A stretch of DNA of 64,000 nt from an uncultured Acidobacteriaceae bacterium (GCA_963701835.1 CAVPBL010000017.1:97116-161115), one strand, 5' to 3'; positions 11,668 through 23,622 are shown, numbered from the stretch's first letter. The notes: generated by a model from the sequence alone, not told the origin. Numbers and translations: made by a program.

Positions 11668-13132
11668 ATGACGACAGCGATCAAATTTGGCACCTCGGGA
11701 TGGCGGGCCATTGTTGCCGACGAGTTTACCGTGGCCAATATCCGGCTGGCGGTGGCGGGAATTGCCGCATATGTGAAGACACTGCCCGGCGCCGCACCGG
11801 GTGCTGGTGGGCCGCGATCCGCGCTTTCTGGGCGAGAGCTTTGTGGCCGAAGCGGCGCGCGTGCTGGCCGCGGCGGGCGTCACGCCGATCGTGATTCCCG
11901 AGGCCGCGCCCACACCGGCCATCGCGCTACGCGGTGCGCACGCTCAAGACTTCAGGATCCATCAACTTCACCGCCTCGCACAATCCGCCCGAGTACAACG
12001 GCATCAAGTACTCCACGCCCGACGGCGCGCCGGCTCTGCCCGAAGTCACGAAACAGATTGAAGCGGCGATCGAGAAGATTGCCAGCGGCGGAGGCGGCAA
12101 TTCCCGAGCCCCTTCGCAGGAGAACTTTGAGACCGCGGACGTGAAGCCGGCCTTCCTGAAGCGGCTCGCCGAGCTGGTGGATCTGAAAGCCATCGCCAAG
12201 TCGGGCATCAAGGTGGTCTACGATCCGTTCTGGGGCGCGGGGCGCGGCTATCCCTCCGATCTGCTGCGCGAGGCCGGCGTGACGGTGGAGACGGTGCACG
12301 ACTATCGCGACGTGCTCTTCGGCGGCCACGCGCCGGAGCCGTCCGACGAACTGCTGGGCGACGCCAGGAAAAAAATGAAAGAGATCGGCGCCTCGCTGGT
12401 GATCGCCACCGACGGCGATGCGGACCGCTTCGGCATCGTGGATGGCGACGGAACGTTTATCCAGCCGAACTACGTCATCGCGCTGCTCTTCGACTATCTG
12501 GTTGAGACGCGCGGCTGGCGGAACGGCGTGGCCAAGAGCGTGGCCACCACCAACCTGATCAACGCGCTGGCCGATTACCACAAAGTTCCGCTCTACGAGA
12601 CGCCGGTGGGATTCAAGTACATCGGCGCGCTCATCGATCGAGGACAAGATCGCCATCGGCGGCGAGGAGTCGGCGGGGCTCACCATCCGCGGCCACGTGC
12701 CGGAGAAGGATGGCATCATCGCCGGACTGCTCGTGGCGGAGATGGTGGCCACGCGCGGCGCCAGCCTGGGCGCGCAATTGAAGGCGCTTTTTGCCAAGGT
12801 TGGTTCCTTTTATCCCGTTCGCGAGAACTTCCACTTGACCGCGGAGCAGAAAGCCGCGTTCACTGAGAAGATTGAAGGCCGATCCGAAGGAGCTGAGCGG
12901 GCGCAAGGTTGTGCAGGTGGTCAGGACCGACGGGCTCAAGCTGATTCTGGAGGATGGCTCGTGGGTTTGCTACCGGCTGTCCGGGACGGAGCCGGTGGTG
13001 CGGGCCTATACCGAAGCGCGCAACGAGCGGGACATGGAAGCGCTGCGGTCGGCGGCCGAAAAGTTTGTGCTGTGGGCTCAGGTTGAGCCGGTCTCCAGAC
13101 CGGCTGTCGGCGAGTCTCAGACCTGCTCTTGA
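11668..13132 (+). CDS. Phosphoglucomutase/phosphomannomutase family (frameshifted)
   Basis: IKFGTSGWR, TASHNPPEYNGIK, DGDADR, GGEESAG, RLSGTEP. Confidence 0.9.
13087..13126. repeat. REP-like palindrome
   Basis: GCCGGTCTCCAGACCGGCTGT; the same family occurs at 50068-50156. Confidence 0.6.
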
Positions 13133-13166
13133 TGCTCGTGAGCAACGAAGCTTGGATTGAGGTTCG

Positions 13167-13569
13167 ATGCCGGAAGAGAACGTGCAAGCTGAGATGGATG
13201 CGGCCAGGAACGAAGCCGGCTTCGTTGCGCGAGCGGGCGATTGCCTGGGCGCAGCGGCTGTGGCGGCCGGCGGGAACCGTGATCGCCGTGGTGCTGGCGC
13301 TGCTGGTTACGTGGCATGTGATCTACGGCAAGCATGGTTTGTCCGTGTGGCAGCAGAAACGCGCCGAGGACCGCGCCCTGCAGCAGGAGATCAAGGATCT
13401 GCAGCAGGAGAACGCGCAGATGCGCCAGCAGATCGAGCGCCTGAAGTCGGATCCCGACGCGATTGAGCGCGAGGCGCGCGAAAAGCTGCACTACGCCAAG
13501 CCCGGCGAGGTGATTTATACGCTGCCGGATCAGCCGCACGGGCAGCAGCAGAAGCAGCCAGGCAAATAG
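13167..13569 (+). CDS. ftsB: Septum formation initiator FtsB/DivIC
   Basis: TM helix, GKHGL, coiled coil, DPDAIEREAREKLHYAKPGEVIY; start uncertain. Confidence 0.85.
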
Positions 13570-13570
13570 G

Positions 13571-13605
13571 CTTTCAGCTTTCAGTTCTCAGCTCTCAGCT
13601 TTCAG
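13571..13605. repeat. Heptamer tandem repeat (CTTTCAG) x5
   Basis: CTTTCAG CTTTCAG TTCTCAG CTCTCAG CTTTCAG. Confidence 0.85.
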
Positions 13606-13871
13606 TCGTTTAGGCCTTTCACCGCTTCGCCTTTGTGCAAACATCGAAGCGTGCAAGCCCCTACACCTCTTCTTCCCACTCCCTGTTCCCTGTTCCCTGG
13701 CACTTCCGTCAAGTCTCCTGCCCGATTTACGCGCTGCAAGCTGCTGAAAACACACTGCAGAAGGAATTTTTTGCGGGGCGCGTCTTCGCCGGGCCGCTCC
13801 AGATCGTCCGATCGCACTTCAAACGGGGTTCGGCTTCGATGCGGCCCAGGAGTCTGACGGCGGAGATTGTT

Positions 13872-15397
13872 TCAAAAGTCGATGTGCGTGCGCACCGTCG
13901 TCACGTACACCGGGCCGCGATCGGTGTTGTAGCCGGGATGGGCAATTTGCGTTCCGCCGATCATGCCGTAGAGTCCGCGCCAAAGATGGGCATTGTAATA
14001 CCACTCCAGAATGTCCTCGCGCCCGTAGGTCAAATTGCCGTCGCCCAGCAGGAAGCCCAGCCCGCCGTAGTGAAGATAATTCTGGTGGTCGCGCTTGATG
14101 GCATTCGAGACAAACGCGACGCCCACCTTGTCGTTGGCTCGATGCCAGCTATGGCCGGCATAATCGCCGCCGAACAGAATCGTCTGGCCAACCTCGGTGT
14201 AAGCGAACGACTCGTGCTGGTCCTCGTTCCAGCCGAAGCGCCCAAAGAGCCGCAGGCTGCCGGTCACTTCCTGCTCGGTGTTCAGTCCGAAGCCGTACTT
14301 CACCGCGCCGAATTTCTCGGTCTTCGTGATGTCGGGCGCCGATACTTTGCCATTCAAGATACTGGTCCACCGACTCGCGGTAGTCGCCCATGTGCGCGTG
14401 ATTCACATAGCTCAGCACGCGCACCGCGCCCTCGCGCTTCGGATCGAGCCAGCGGGCGAAGAGGCCCTTGCGCAATTCGAACTCCCAGTTCTGCCCGTTG
14501 GCGCGGCTGAAGGCCCAGTCGAGGTCGATGCCGTTGGCGACGACGGGCATGGCGGCGATGGCGTACCGCGCCGACCAGATCCGGTCGTCGTACTCCAGAA
14601 TTCCCGCCACGGTGTAGCCGCGCGTATCGGCCGCGTAATCCCACGCGCCGTTGTTGTCGATCGTCCAGTTGGTGAACTGCAGATGGCTGTCGGAGCCAAC
14701 TGAGTTGACGTCGAATGTGTCGGGAAGAGTCATCTTGCCAATGCGAATCTCAAACCGGCGCACCGGCACTTTCGTCGCCAGCGCCAGAGGCCCGCGATCC
14801 TGGTCGGTCATCTCGTTGGTCAAGCCGAAAATCTGATGAATCTCGTCCGCGCGAAAGATATGGCTTGATGCTCAAGCTGGGGTTGCGCACCACGTCCAGG
14901 TTGGTCTCGCCGGCCAGCCCCAGCGACTGCGAGATGCCGCGCCCGCCGGCATTCTCAACGTCGACGATCAGGTCAGTGTTGTAGCGGGTGTTCGGGAACA
15001 ACTGATAGCCGAGATAAAGCGTCGTGACCTCGGACGCCTTGGTTTCAAAGTCGTCGATCAGGCTGTTCGGCCCCTCATAAGGCGAGCGAAAATGCCCGTG
15101 CATCTGGAAGATGCTGTTGGCCTGGCCGGAGACCCAATAGCGCGCGTTCTCCGGGTGAGGCGCGATGGTAAGGAGGGGTCCGCCTCCACTTTCTCTCCCT
15201 GCGGGATTGGCAGGTTGAGTTGCGTTCGTCGTACCAGTCGTTCCACCCGTCAGCGGCAATACCAAAAGCGCATGCGGCACGAGTGCGGACGGTAAATTGT
15301 TTTGTGTTTGCGCTCGGGCGATCACCGCCGTCAGTAGAAAGGCGCAAGTCATCCAGCCGAGCGTTCGTGAAATCAAATTGGGGCAGCAAAAGGACAT
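13872..15397 (-). CDS. Carbohydrate-selective porin, OprB family (frameshifted)
   Basis: Signal peptide; NNGAWDYAADTRGYT; YLHYGGLGFLLGDG; HPGYNTDRGPV; C-terminal F. Confidence 0.8.
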
Positions 15398-15782
15398 CGA
15401 ATGAAACGCCGGGAATCACACCTCGGCAGGGCCAATACTATCGAATTCGCCATGGATCTGATCGATTGAGTCCATGCGAATCTTAGGCAACGTCATCCTT
15501 CCGCTCGAGATGTCCGTTTGCACTCGCGTCAAATGCACTAGCGGCCGGACTCCCTCTCATCGTATCGGGCCATTGGCGCCTGGATTGTGAACACTGATTG
15601 AATGACCGGCCGCCGACCAATTCTCATCCTCGAATACTTTGCTGCACTCGCGCCGCAAATCCGCGAGGAGTCTCCACCTGCTAAAATGAAGTCTGCCGCA
15701 CAGTGCGGCGCATTGCTCTCGAATCCCCCAAACCGGCCCGCCGGCCTGAGCGGCCGGACTCACGCCAAGGAAAAGTGCACCA

Positions 15783-17612
15783 GTGAGCCAGACGATACGC
15801 AATATCGCCATCATTGCCCATGTGGACCACGGAAAGACGACGCTGGTGGACGGAATGCTGCGTCAGGCCGGCACCTTCCGCGCCAATGAGCAAGTGGCCG
15901 AGCGGGTGATGGACTCGAATGAATTGGAGCGCGAGCGCGGAATCACCATTCTCGCCAAAAACACGGCGATCAACTTCGGCGTCGGAAAGATCAATATTGT
16001 CGACACGCCCGGACATGCCGACTTTGGCGGCGAGGTGGAACGCGCGTTGAAGATGGTGGACGGCGTGATGCTGCTTGTTGACGCGGCTGAGGGGCCGCTG
16101 CCGCAGACGCGCTACGTGCTTTCAAAAGCGCTTGAGGCCAAACTGCCGCCGATCGTAGTAATCAACAAGGTTGACCGGCCCGATGCGCGCCCGCAGGAAG
16201 TGCTGAACGAAATCTACGATCTGTTCATCGACCTCGACGCGGACGAATCGCAATTGGATTTCCCGGTTTTGTACGCCGTCGCCAAGGCCGGCACTGCGAC
16301 CACCGATCCAACAAAGCCTGGCGTGGATTTGCAGCCGCTGTTCCGGGCCATCGTGGATACGATTCCCGAAGCCACAGGCGATCCCGGTGGCGCGTTGCAA
16401 ATTCTGGTTGCGAACCTCGATTACTCCGATTACCTCGGCCGCATTGCCATCTGCCGCGTCATTCAGGGCACCTTGCACGCCGGCGACGAAGTCAACATTT
16501 CGCGGCGCGATGGCTCGCTCTACAAGACGCGCATTACCAAACTGTTCACCTTTTCGGGTCTCAAGCGCACCGAGATCGAAGAAACCACGATGGGCGACAT
16601 TGTGGCCGTAGCCGGCGTGGAGGACATCACCATCGGCGAGACGATTACCAGCGTAGAGAATCCTGCGCCGCTGCCGCTGATTATCATCGACGAGCCGACA
16701 ATTGCGATTCAGCTCAACGTGAACACCTCGCCGTTTGCCGGCCGCGAAGGCCAATACGTTACCAGCCGCAATCTGCGCGAGCGCCTGGAAAAAGAGCTGC
16801 TGGCCAATGTATCGATCCGCGTGGAAGAGACAGGATCGCCCGACAGCTTAAAGGTGCTGGGCCGAGGAGAGTTGCAGCTCGCGATCCTGATTGAGATGAT
16901 GCGGCGTGAGGGCTACGAGTTGATGGCAGGCCGGCCGGAGATCGTGACCAAAATCGTGGACGGCGTGCGCATGGAGCCCGTCGAACACCTCACGATCGAC
17001 GTTCCCGAACGATTCACCGGTGTGGTGATTGAAAAGCTTGGCCCCCGCAAAGGCGAGATGACCAAAATGCACAATCATGGCTCGGGACGCGTGCGGCTGG
17101 AGTTTCGCGTGCCCAGCCGCGGACTCATTGGCCTGCGCAGCGAAATGCTGACCGAGACGCGCGGAACCATCGTGATGAATTCTCTTTTCGATGGATACAT
17201 TCCCTACCAGGGCGAAATTCCGCAGCGGCCCACCGGCGCGCTGGTCGCCGACCGCCAGGGACTGACGACGACGTACGCGTTGAACGGCTTGCAGGAGCGC
17301 GGGATTCTCTTTGTGGGGCCGGGCGTAGAGGTGTACGAAGGCATGGTCGTCGGCGAGCACTCGCGCGACAAAGACCTCGACGTGAACGTAGTGCGCGAAA
17401 AGAAGATGACCAACATGCGTGCCTCGACCGCCGACGAAGCCATTCGCCTGGTCCCGTACACGACGCTCAACCTGGAACAGGCCATCGAATTCATCGCCGA
17501 CGATGAGTTTGTCGAAGTCACGCCCAAGTCACTGCGCCTGCGCAAGAAGATTCTGCAGGCGAACAAGCGGCCGAAGCGCTGGGAAAAGGCGGAGCAAGCC
17601 GCAACCCTCTAA
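15783..17612 (+). CDS. typA: Translational GTPase TypA/BipA
   Basis: [53 protein letters not shown]; intact 609 aa. Confidence 0.98.
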   Translation: MSQTIRNIAIIAHVDHGKTTLVDGMLRQAGTFRANEQVAERVMDSNELERERGITILAKNTAINFGVGKINIVDTPGHADFGGEVERALKMVDGVMLLVDAAEGPLPQTRYVLSKALEAKLPPIVVINKVDRPDARPQEVLNEIYDLFIDLDADESQLDFPVLYAVAKAGTATTDPTKPGVDLQPLFRAIVDTIPEATGDPGGALQILVANLDYSDYLGRIAICRVIQGTLHAGDEVNISRRDGSLYKTRITKLFTFSGLKRTEIEETTMGDIVAVAGVEDITIGETITSVENPAPLPLIIIDEPTIAIQLNVNTSPFAGREGQYVTSRNLRERLEKELLANVSIRVEETGSPDSLKVLGRGELQLAILIEMMRREGYELMAGRPEIVTKIVDGVRMEPVEHLTIDVPERFTGVVIEKLGPRKGEMTKMHNHGSGRVRLEFRVPSRGLIGLRSEMLTETRGTIVMNSLFDGYIPYQGEIPQRPTGALVADRQGLTTTYALNGLQERGILFVGPGVEVYEGMVVGEHSRDKDLDVNVVREKKMTNMRASTADEAIRLVPYTTLNLEQAIEFIADDEFVEVTPKSLRLRKKILQANKRPKRWEKAEQAATL

Positions 17613-17633
17613 CCGCTACTCATGATCTTAGAA

Positions 17634-17702
17634 CTGTCATCCTGAGCGGAGTTTGGCGGGCTTTCTGCGCCGAACGGAGTCGAAGGATTTGCGGCTGCTT
17701 TT
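17634..17702. repeat. REP-like extragenic palindrome
   Basis: TGTCATCCTGAGCGGAG...GAGTCGAAGGA...GCTGCTTTT hairpin element after typA. Confidence 0.6.
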
Positions 17703-17725
17703 CGAAATCGGAGACGGTTGCACCA

Positions 17726-18289
17726 ATGGGAGACTTACTCAAAACCGGCCGCCTCCTCTTGCGCCGCTGGCGCGACTCCGACCGCATACCCTTCCAAGCC
17801 ATGAACGCCGATCCGCGCGTAATGGAGTTCATGCCCGCTCTCCTCACGCCCACGGAATCCGACGCGCTCGTCGACCGCGCTCAGGCCCACTTCGACCGCC
17901 ACGGCTTCGGACCGTTCGCCGCCGAGATACTCGATAACCATTCCTTCATCGGCTTTATCGGGCTGTCGATTCCGAATTTCGATTCGCCATTCATGCCAGC
18001 GGTTGAGGTCGGTTGGCGGCTCGCGTTTGAGTACTGGGGTCGAGGATTGGCGAGTGAGGGTGCTCGCGCCGCCGTCCATTATGCGTTCGGCGAATTTGGC
18101 CTCGACAACATCGTTTCATTCACAGTTCCCGCAAATCTGCGCTCTCGGCGAGTAATGGAGAAGATCGGCATGACGCACGATCCTCGCGACGATTTCGATC
18201 ACCCATGCTTGCCCGAAGACCATCCCTTGCGCCGTCATGTGCTCTACCGGCTCCCGCTGCACCAAGGGAATGTAGCGCTGGTCTTCTGA
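17726..18289 (+). CDS. GNAT (RimJ/RimL-type) N-acetyltransferase
   Basis: TGRLLLRRW, VEVGWRL, WGRGLASEGA, NLRSRRVMEKIGM. Confidence 0.92.
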   Translation: MGDLLKTGRLLLRRWRDSDRIPFQAMNADPRVMEFMPALLTPTESDALVDRAQAHFDRHGFGPFAAEILDNHSFIGFIGLSIPNFDSPFMPAVEVGWRLAFEYWGRGLASEGARAAVHYAFGEFGLDNIVSFTVPANLRSRRVMEKIGMTHDPRDDFDHPCLPEDHPLRRHVLYRLPLHQGNVALVF

Positions 18290-18408
18290 CCGCCTGCAGT
18301 GCGGGCCTCCAGACCCAGACTGTTCTTTCTCGGGGAATTAGTTATTTCGACCCGGCAGGCAATTGCATGGACAACGCCATAGGATAGCGGCGTGATATCT
18401 TTTCCTCT

Positions 18409-18759
18409 ATGTGGGGTACAGGTCTATTTACCTACACTGAGTTTCTCATCCGTACGCTGATCAAGTTCCTGCGAAGGATCGGCACAAGCGACTGGCCGGT
18501 CTTCAACGCGATTGTCGTTTCAGCGAAACGAGATGATTCTTTCATGGGATGTAAACTTATTATCATTCACTACAAATATCGCGACGCGGACGGCCGATTC
18601 GAAGGAACTCACAGGCAACCTTTTGTATTCGACAACTACGCTGATGCACATCTGCGCCGCTATCCCGGTGGAACCGAATTTCCTGTGCTCGTAAGCCCCA
18701 AATATCCCTCCTACTCGATCCCTGCTGAAGGAAGAATCATATTTACTCGGGTAAAGTAG
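18409..18759 (+). CDS. Hypothetical protein (DUF3592-like)
   Basis: SDWP...A.VV, Y.Y...DGRFEG, YP.G....V.VSP..P..S pattern. Confidence 0.55.
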   Translation: MWGTGLFTYTEFLIRTLIKFLRRIGTSDWPVFNAIVVSAKRDDSFMGCKLIIIHYKYRDADGRFEGTHRQPFVFDNYADAHLRRYPGGTEFPVLVSPKYPSYSIPAEGRIIFTRVK

Positions 18760-19234
18760 CGTCCAGCACTTCCTGGGCGCGCGCGGCGCGCCACGAGGCG
18801 AGCCGTTCATAGAGAGCCGCGTCGGTCAGCGCCAGAATCTCGGCCGCGAAGAGCGCGGCGTTGGCTGCTCCGGGCTTGCCGATGGCCAGCGTTGCCACGG
18901 GGACGCCCTTGGGCATCTGCACCATCGAGAGCAGCGAGTCCAGTCCGTTGAGCGGTGTGGCCGCAATGGGCACAGCCAGCACGGGAAGGAGCGTCTTGGC
19001 CGCGATCACGCCGGCCAGATGAGCTGCGCCGCCCGCTCCGGCGATCAATACCCGCAATCCCCGCCCCCGCGCCGCCACAACGTATTCGAAGAGTTGATCC
19101 GGAGTGCGATGCGCGCTCAACACCCGCGCCTCATAAGGAATTTCGAGCGCGCGCAGAATCTCAACCGCAGCCGAGAGCACCTCGTAATCGCTCTTGCTGC
19201 CCATCACAACGCCCACCAGCGGTTGCTCGCTCAT
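18743..19234 (-). CDS. purE: N5-carboxyaminoimidazole ribonucleotide mutase
   Basis: [41 protein letters not shown]; -10 TATAAT 6 nt before the ATG. Confidence 0.97.
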   Translation of the reverse strand: MSEQPLVGVVMGSKSDYEVLSAAVEILRALEIPYEARVLSAHRTPDQLFEYVVAARGRGLRVLIAGAGGAAHLAGVIAAKTLLPVLAVPIAATPLNGLDSLLSMVQMPKGVPVATLAIGKPGAANAALFAAEILALTDAALYERLASWRAARAQEVLDATLPE

Positions 19235-19343
19235 GAGCCGATTATACGAGGGCTGGGAAAGGGATTGCGGCGGAACTTTTGAAGGACCCACTGTCTTGAA
19301 GGGCGCCGGCCACGATCTACGAAAGGAACTCAAGCCTCCACGC

Positions 19344-19571
19344 TCAGTGCCGATGCCACGCCTCGACAGCCACTTCGATCACGGCAAACAAAACGCTGAT
19401 CGCGGCGAGAAAGCCTTTGGCGCGCTGCCAGTTCTGTTCATGGCGGTCCATGCGCCGCTCCAGGTCAGCCAGGCGGCCGCCATTGCCATCGCCCATAAGG
19501 CCAGCCATTTGCGACTTGAGCACACTCAGATCGCTCAGCACCTGGGCTTCGAATTCATTCATCATGCGCAT
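19344..19571 (-). CDS. Small coiled-coil + C-terminal TM protein (XhlA/holin-like), last gene of the virion module
   Basis: GDGNGGRLADLERRMDRHE followed by hydrophobic FLAAISVLFAVIEVAV; RBS GGAG. Confidence 0.55.
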   Translation of the reverse strand: MRMMNEFEAQVLSDLSVLKSQMAGLMGDGNGGRLADLERRMDRHEQNWQRAKGFLAAISVLFAVIEVAVEAWHRH

Positions 19572-19615
19572 CCGCCAAACTCCAATTGGCAAATCGTCAC
19601 GAGAGCTGCTTCCAC

Positions 19616-21931
19616 TCACGCGCTCAGCGGCAGGTTGATAAATAGCGCCGTAGAGAACTCAGAATAATTCGGCGGCGTGGAGCCGTCGTACATCCGGATG
19701 TAGAATCGGTCGCTCGCCGAGAAGCGCGAGAAGGTCAGGTTTGGCTGCGCTCCGCGGATCACCAAAGTCGGATCCTCACCGGGCATGAAGACAAAATCGC
19801 GCAGCCGTATCTCGAATCCGCCACCACTGGGTGGAGTCACGCCGGTATTTACCGTGACTGTGCTTCCGTTCAGCGTTGTGACCGTAAGTCCGGTTAGGTT
19901 GGCAAGCACGGTTGGAGCGACGGGCGCAGGCAACCAGGCGTTCGCCGGCACCGTGGCGCTGGTCTTGATGGCTAAGTCATCGGCCCAGTCGTTGGCAAAT
20001 GCGATCTCGTACTTTACTAAGTCAGGGTAACTGGCGCTATATGTCGCCTTGACCCCGCGCACCACGACCTCGGCATTCAGATTCGTTGAAGGCGCATTGA
20101 GGAGCAGTGCGTCTCCCGGCCAGACGTCGACGGCAAAGCTTGCCCGATTGCCTTTGTATGTTCCACTCCATAGCGCGCTCACGCTGGCCGCTGCTTGCTC
20201 CATCACCAGGGCAGCATTGCGGCAATCGGCGGAGCTACGTGCTGGAGGATTGGTGACTGAGCCGATCCACGCGGCCACCGCGGGCGAGCCAGCTTGCGCG
20301 AGCGCCCGCTGGCTGGCGGCGTTGACTACGCGGCCTACGGCCCGGCCAATCGTGCGGTAACTCACTGCGATTTGCTCGCCCGCAACAGGAGTGTAGCCGA
20401 TGTAGAAGGTAACGGTCCCGGTCCGCTCGAGCTGACACTCGGCAGCTTCGGCGGATGTGCCGACTCTCCGTGTGTACGAGCCGCCATTCGGTGGCGTACT
20501 TACAACCCACCCTGACCCTAGGTTCGTTAAGTTCACGGCGCGCATGGTTCCAATCAGATTGATGCTGCTCGCCGGCACTACCATGCAAATTCCGGGTAAG
20601 TAGGTGACGGCGCCATCGTACAGCGTGACCGGCGTTGCGGCGACGCCGTTGACAAACTCCTGAATCTCCATCTGGATTCTTCCCGGGGCGATAAGCCATT
20701 CACCGCCTGCGGCGATGAGGCCGTCATCTCCAAAGGAGTAATAGACGGATCGAGCGCGCTGGCATTCCGGGCAATGCACGCGGACGCGAAGGGTATATTG
20801 GTTTGCGGAGTTCAACGCGAAGGTCGTTCCTGCCGGTGTGCCCTGCACGATTGGTTGCAGAGTTACAGCCCCTGTTCCCTGTTGCGCGGTGACCTGAAAA
20901 CCCGCGGTACAGTCGGACGCGGTTTCGAGGTCGGTAAAGAACCCGGCCACGATACCGGTGCTACCCGGGGAAAGCGTCACGCCGACAGATTCAAGCAGCA
21001 ACGTTCCGCCCATTTCGATTGGATCGAGCCATGTAAGGAGGGTTTGGCCATCGATCCCGGTGCCGCCGTTCATCGCCACGCCGCGCGGACCCAGCGTTAA
21101 GTAGCCGCCTCCGCGGGACACGCCCCAAAGCGCCTGATTGATTTGCGGCCCGTTGAAGAGCTCGCTAATGATGGCGGACTTTGCATTGGCAGGGAAATAA
21201 GGGTCCGCGGCCAGGTTGAACTGGGTTGTCATTCCGTCGCCCAGAAAATACTCCGTAACATAGGCCACCGGCTCGTTCTCGCCGCAGACGGTCACGTCGT
21301 TGGCCAGCGCACGCTTCACGCTGGACGTTAAAGCGAGGCTGGCGAGATTCAAGCTGCCATCCGCTTCGTCGAGTGGATGCACGGTTGCCTGCACGGTCGA
21401 AAGGCTGACCGCGCCACTGACAGCGCGATACGCCGCCCGCGCCATGCCCGCCACCTGTCCAGCGCTCTTGCTCCAATTCGCGCCCACCTCCGGGGTGAAG
21501 TTTCGCACCGGAGTGTTCAGTGAAAGCCCCTGCGTAGAGAGCGGTGTCGATCCGGCATGAACCACAAGCGAGGCGAGCAACGCCCCGGCGTTCCCTCCGG
21601 CAATGCCGGCGCTGCGAGGCATGAGCATCTGGTCGAGCAATAACTCATCGCTCACGGCTTGAATCGCCGTACGATAACGTGGGCCTTCGAGACCTAAGCC
21701 TGCGTATTCAGGTAGCGGACTTACTGCGATATAACCCGTGAAGTAAGTGGTGCCGTCGTCGCCCGTCACTCTGAGAGTTTGGAATCGAGCGGGCACCGGA
21801 AGGCGGCCACTGACAGGCAAGCTTAGCCATAACTCACAGATGGAGGGTTCGTTGATCTTGCGCGTAATTGTCAACGGACGCACGGCGTCGATCCCAGCCG
21901 TGTAATCCTGTCCTTGAATCAAGATCTTCAT
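19616..21931 (-). CDS. Putative tail hub/tip protein (771 aa)
   Basis: Position after the tube gene; N-terminus (ILIQGQDYT..LTITRKINEPS...TYFTGYI) resembles phage hub domains; beta-rich with FN3-like C-terminus (inference). Confidence 0.55.
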   Translation of the reverse strand: MKILIQGQDYTAGIDAVRPLTITRKINEPSICELWLSLPVSGRLPVPARFQTLRVTGDDGTTYFTGYIAVSPLPEYAGLGLEGPRYRTAIQAVSDELLLDQMLMPRSAGIAGGNAGALLASLVVHAGSTPLSTQGLSLNTPVRNFTPEVGANWSKSAGQVAGMARAAYRAVSGAVSLSTVQATVHPLDEADGSLNLASLALTSSVKRALANDVTVCGENEPVAYVTEYFLGDGMTTQFNLAADPYFPANAKSAIISELFNGPQINQALWGVSRGGGYLTLGPRGVAMNGGTGIDGQTLLTWLDPIEMGGTLLLESVGVTLSPGSTGIVAGFFTDLETASDCTAGFQVTAQQGTGAVTLQPIVQGTPAGTTFALNSANQYTLRVRVHCPECQRARSVYYSFGDDGLIAAGGEWLIAPGRIQMEIQEFVNGVAATPVTLYDGAVTYLPGICMVVPASSINLIGTMRAVNLTNLGSGWVVSTPPNGGSYTRRVGTSAEAAECQLERTGTVTFYIGYTPVAGEQIAVSYRTIGRAVGRVVNAASQRALAQAGSPAVAAWIGSVTNPPARSSADCRNAALVMEQAAASVSALWSGTYKGNRASFAVDVWPGDALLLNAPSTNLNAEVVVRGVKATYSASYPDLVKYEIAFANDWADDLAIKTSATVPANAWLPAPVAPTVLANLTGLTVTTLNGSTVTVNTGVTPPSGGGFEIRLRDFVFMPGEDPTLVIRGAQPNLTFSRFSASDRFYIRMYDGSTPPNYSEFSTALFINLPLSA

Positions 21932-21972
21932 TGCAACCCTCTAACCCGTTAAGTTGAATCCTTCCTCGCGAG

Positions 21973-22947
21973 CTATACGAGTGCGTTGGCTGCTGGGCGG
22001 AAACTCCGGTAACATAAGATCCGCTCGCCATCCAACGGGTCGGTGACAGGCAGAGCCAAAAACTGTCCCTTGAGCAGCAGACGCGACTGCCCGTTCTGAT
22101 TCTTCCCATTGAGCGGCGTGATTGCTTCTTCTGCTCCGGTCATGGTCTGCAACCTCGGATAGTGGAAGAAGATTCTCTCGCCCTGGCTGCCCTGCATCAC
22201 GAAGAGCGCCGACCACTCCTGATAGAAGCTGCCGCCCTCACGGTCCACAAATCCCGTGACTGCCTGCAGCTTGGCGCCCGCTGCCGGAGCGCCACCAAGC
22301 AACGGCTCAGCGAGAGTCAGCCCGGTTTCGCCTGCTTGCGTTACCAGCGCAACATTGAAGGTGACGCGGCGGATGTAATCGACATCCGTGAGCGCCTGGC
22401 GCACATATGCGCCTGCGACGGGTGCACCCACAAAACCAGTCTGCCCTGTGTAGTCCACATCCACAGCGATCATCGAGCCGGCCGTGAACATTGCCGCATC
22501 CGCCGGGGCTAACAGAATAGATGTGCTCGCGGAACCGCTTTGCGGAGTGACTGCAGGAATTGCTTGCGCGCCATCCGGCGCCGAAGCGGCGCCAACAGCC
22601 GGTGCGAGTAAGTTCATATGCTGCGAGCCCGTCGCCAGAGCCATCGTCAATTTAGTCCAGCTTAGAAACTGGAAACTGACTCGCGCCTGGACAGTTTCCC
22701 GCACCTGCTCGAGTGGCGCTGCCGGAATGCCCGTCAACAGCGCAGCCGACTTACTCGCGGGCTTGCGGACAAACTCCTGAATCCATCCCAGGCTGATCCA
22801 GGGTGCTGGTGGAGCGTCGAGGTTGAACTGGCCTTGTTGCGTGGGATCAAAGAGGACTGGCGTCTGCGAGGCGCGATTCACCGGCGCAAAATATGCCCGC
22901 ACTCGCCGTATCACCGGCGCCGGACCGGAAAACGAATTTGCGGCCAT
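21973..22947 (-). CDS. Putative tail tube protein (324 aa)
   Basis: Position; WISLGWI, ARVSFQF and IFFHYPRLQ strands typical of siphovirus tube folds (inference). Confidence 0.5.
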   Translation of the reverse strand: MAANSFSGPAPVIRRVRAYFAPVNRASQTPVLFDPTQQGQFNLDAPPAPWISLGWIQEFVRKPASKSAALLTGIPAAPLEQVRETVQARVSFQFLSWTKLTMALATGSQHMNLLAPAVGAASAPDGAQAIPAVTPQSGSASTSILLAPADAAMFTAGSMIAVDVDYTGQTGFVGAPVAGAYVRQALTDVDYIRRVTFNVALVTQAGETGLTLAEPLLGGAPAAGAKLQAVTGFVDREGGSFYQEWSALFVMQGSQGERIFFHYPRLQTMTGAEEAITPLNGKNQNGQSRLLLKGQFLALPVTDPLDGERILCYRSFRPAANALV

Positions 22948-23433
22948 TTACTCCCCCTGCTCCTGGTAGCTATAGACCATGACACTCGCGCTGCGGCTCA
23001 GTTGGTCGCGCTGGATAACAACGGACGAAAACGCGGGTTCATCCCAAAAGACATGCGTCAGCATTGCGGCTGGCGGCGTGGCTGCGTAATTCAGCTTGGG
23101 CGTGTAGAAAGGCTGAAGCATCGCCATCAGTTCCTCATCCATCTCGCTCAAGGCGCGGCCGCGGTCCAATCCACCGAAGCTTTGCGTCCCGCAGGTCTGG
23201 TAGACGACTTCGCACTGCTCGGCCACCATGGCGGAAGCGAGATCGATATCGGCGGCCATACTCAGCCAGCGCAGAACAAACACGTCGCTGGGAAACTGGC
23301 TGAAGGGCGCTTCCGCTTCCTCCACCAGAATTCCCGGCCGCACCGCGCCGCGCAGTAAGATCGTCCGTTCCGGATTGACCACTGTCAGGCGCATACGCAG
23401 CGCCATATAAAACGAATCTTTCGCGTTCTGCAT
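22948..23433 (-). CDS. Putative tail terminator/completion protein
   Basis: 161 aa between head closure and tube, in canonical neck gene order. Confidence 0.5.
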   Translation of the reverse strand: MQNAKDSFYMALRMRLTVVNPERTILLRGAVRPGILVEEAEAPFSQFPSDVFVLRWLSMAADIDLASAMVAEQCEVVYQTCGTQSFGGLDRGRALSEMDEELMAMLQPFYTPKLNYAATPPAAMLTHVFWDEPAFSSVVIQRDQLSRSASVMVYSYQEQGE

Positions 23434-23622
23434 AAGAAGACAGGCAACAGGGATCGGGGATCGGGGATTAGAACAACCGTTCCCCGATCACTCTTCCCTG
23501 CTTCCCAACTCGCCTTTCCGGATCATTGTTCGTCTACGATCGAATGCCGTCCGCACGAAAGCAGATGACTGGCCATCGATCTTGATCCTCGTTCCATGTT
23601 CCCTACTCCCTATTCCCTGCCC

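Noticed and set aside
13167-13569. Reverse-strand ORF 13117..13539 and similar long antisense ORFs throughout (e.g. 27312..28496, 33240..34625)
   Set aside because: Shadow ORFs typical of high-GC DNA opposite clearly identified genes
13735-13870. Possible MITE starting GCAAGCTGCTGAAAA
   Set aside because: Resembles an IS-type end, but no matching second inverted repeat could be found
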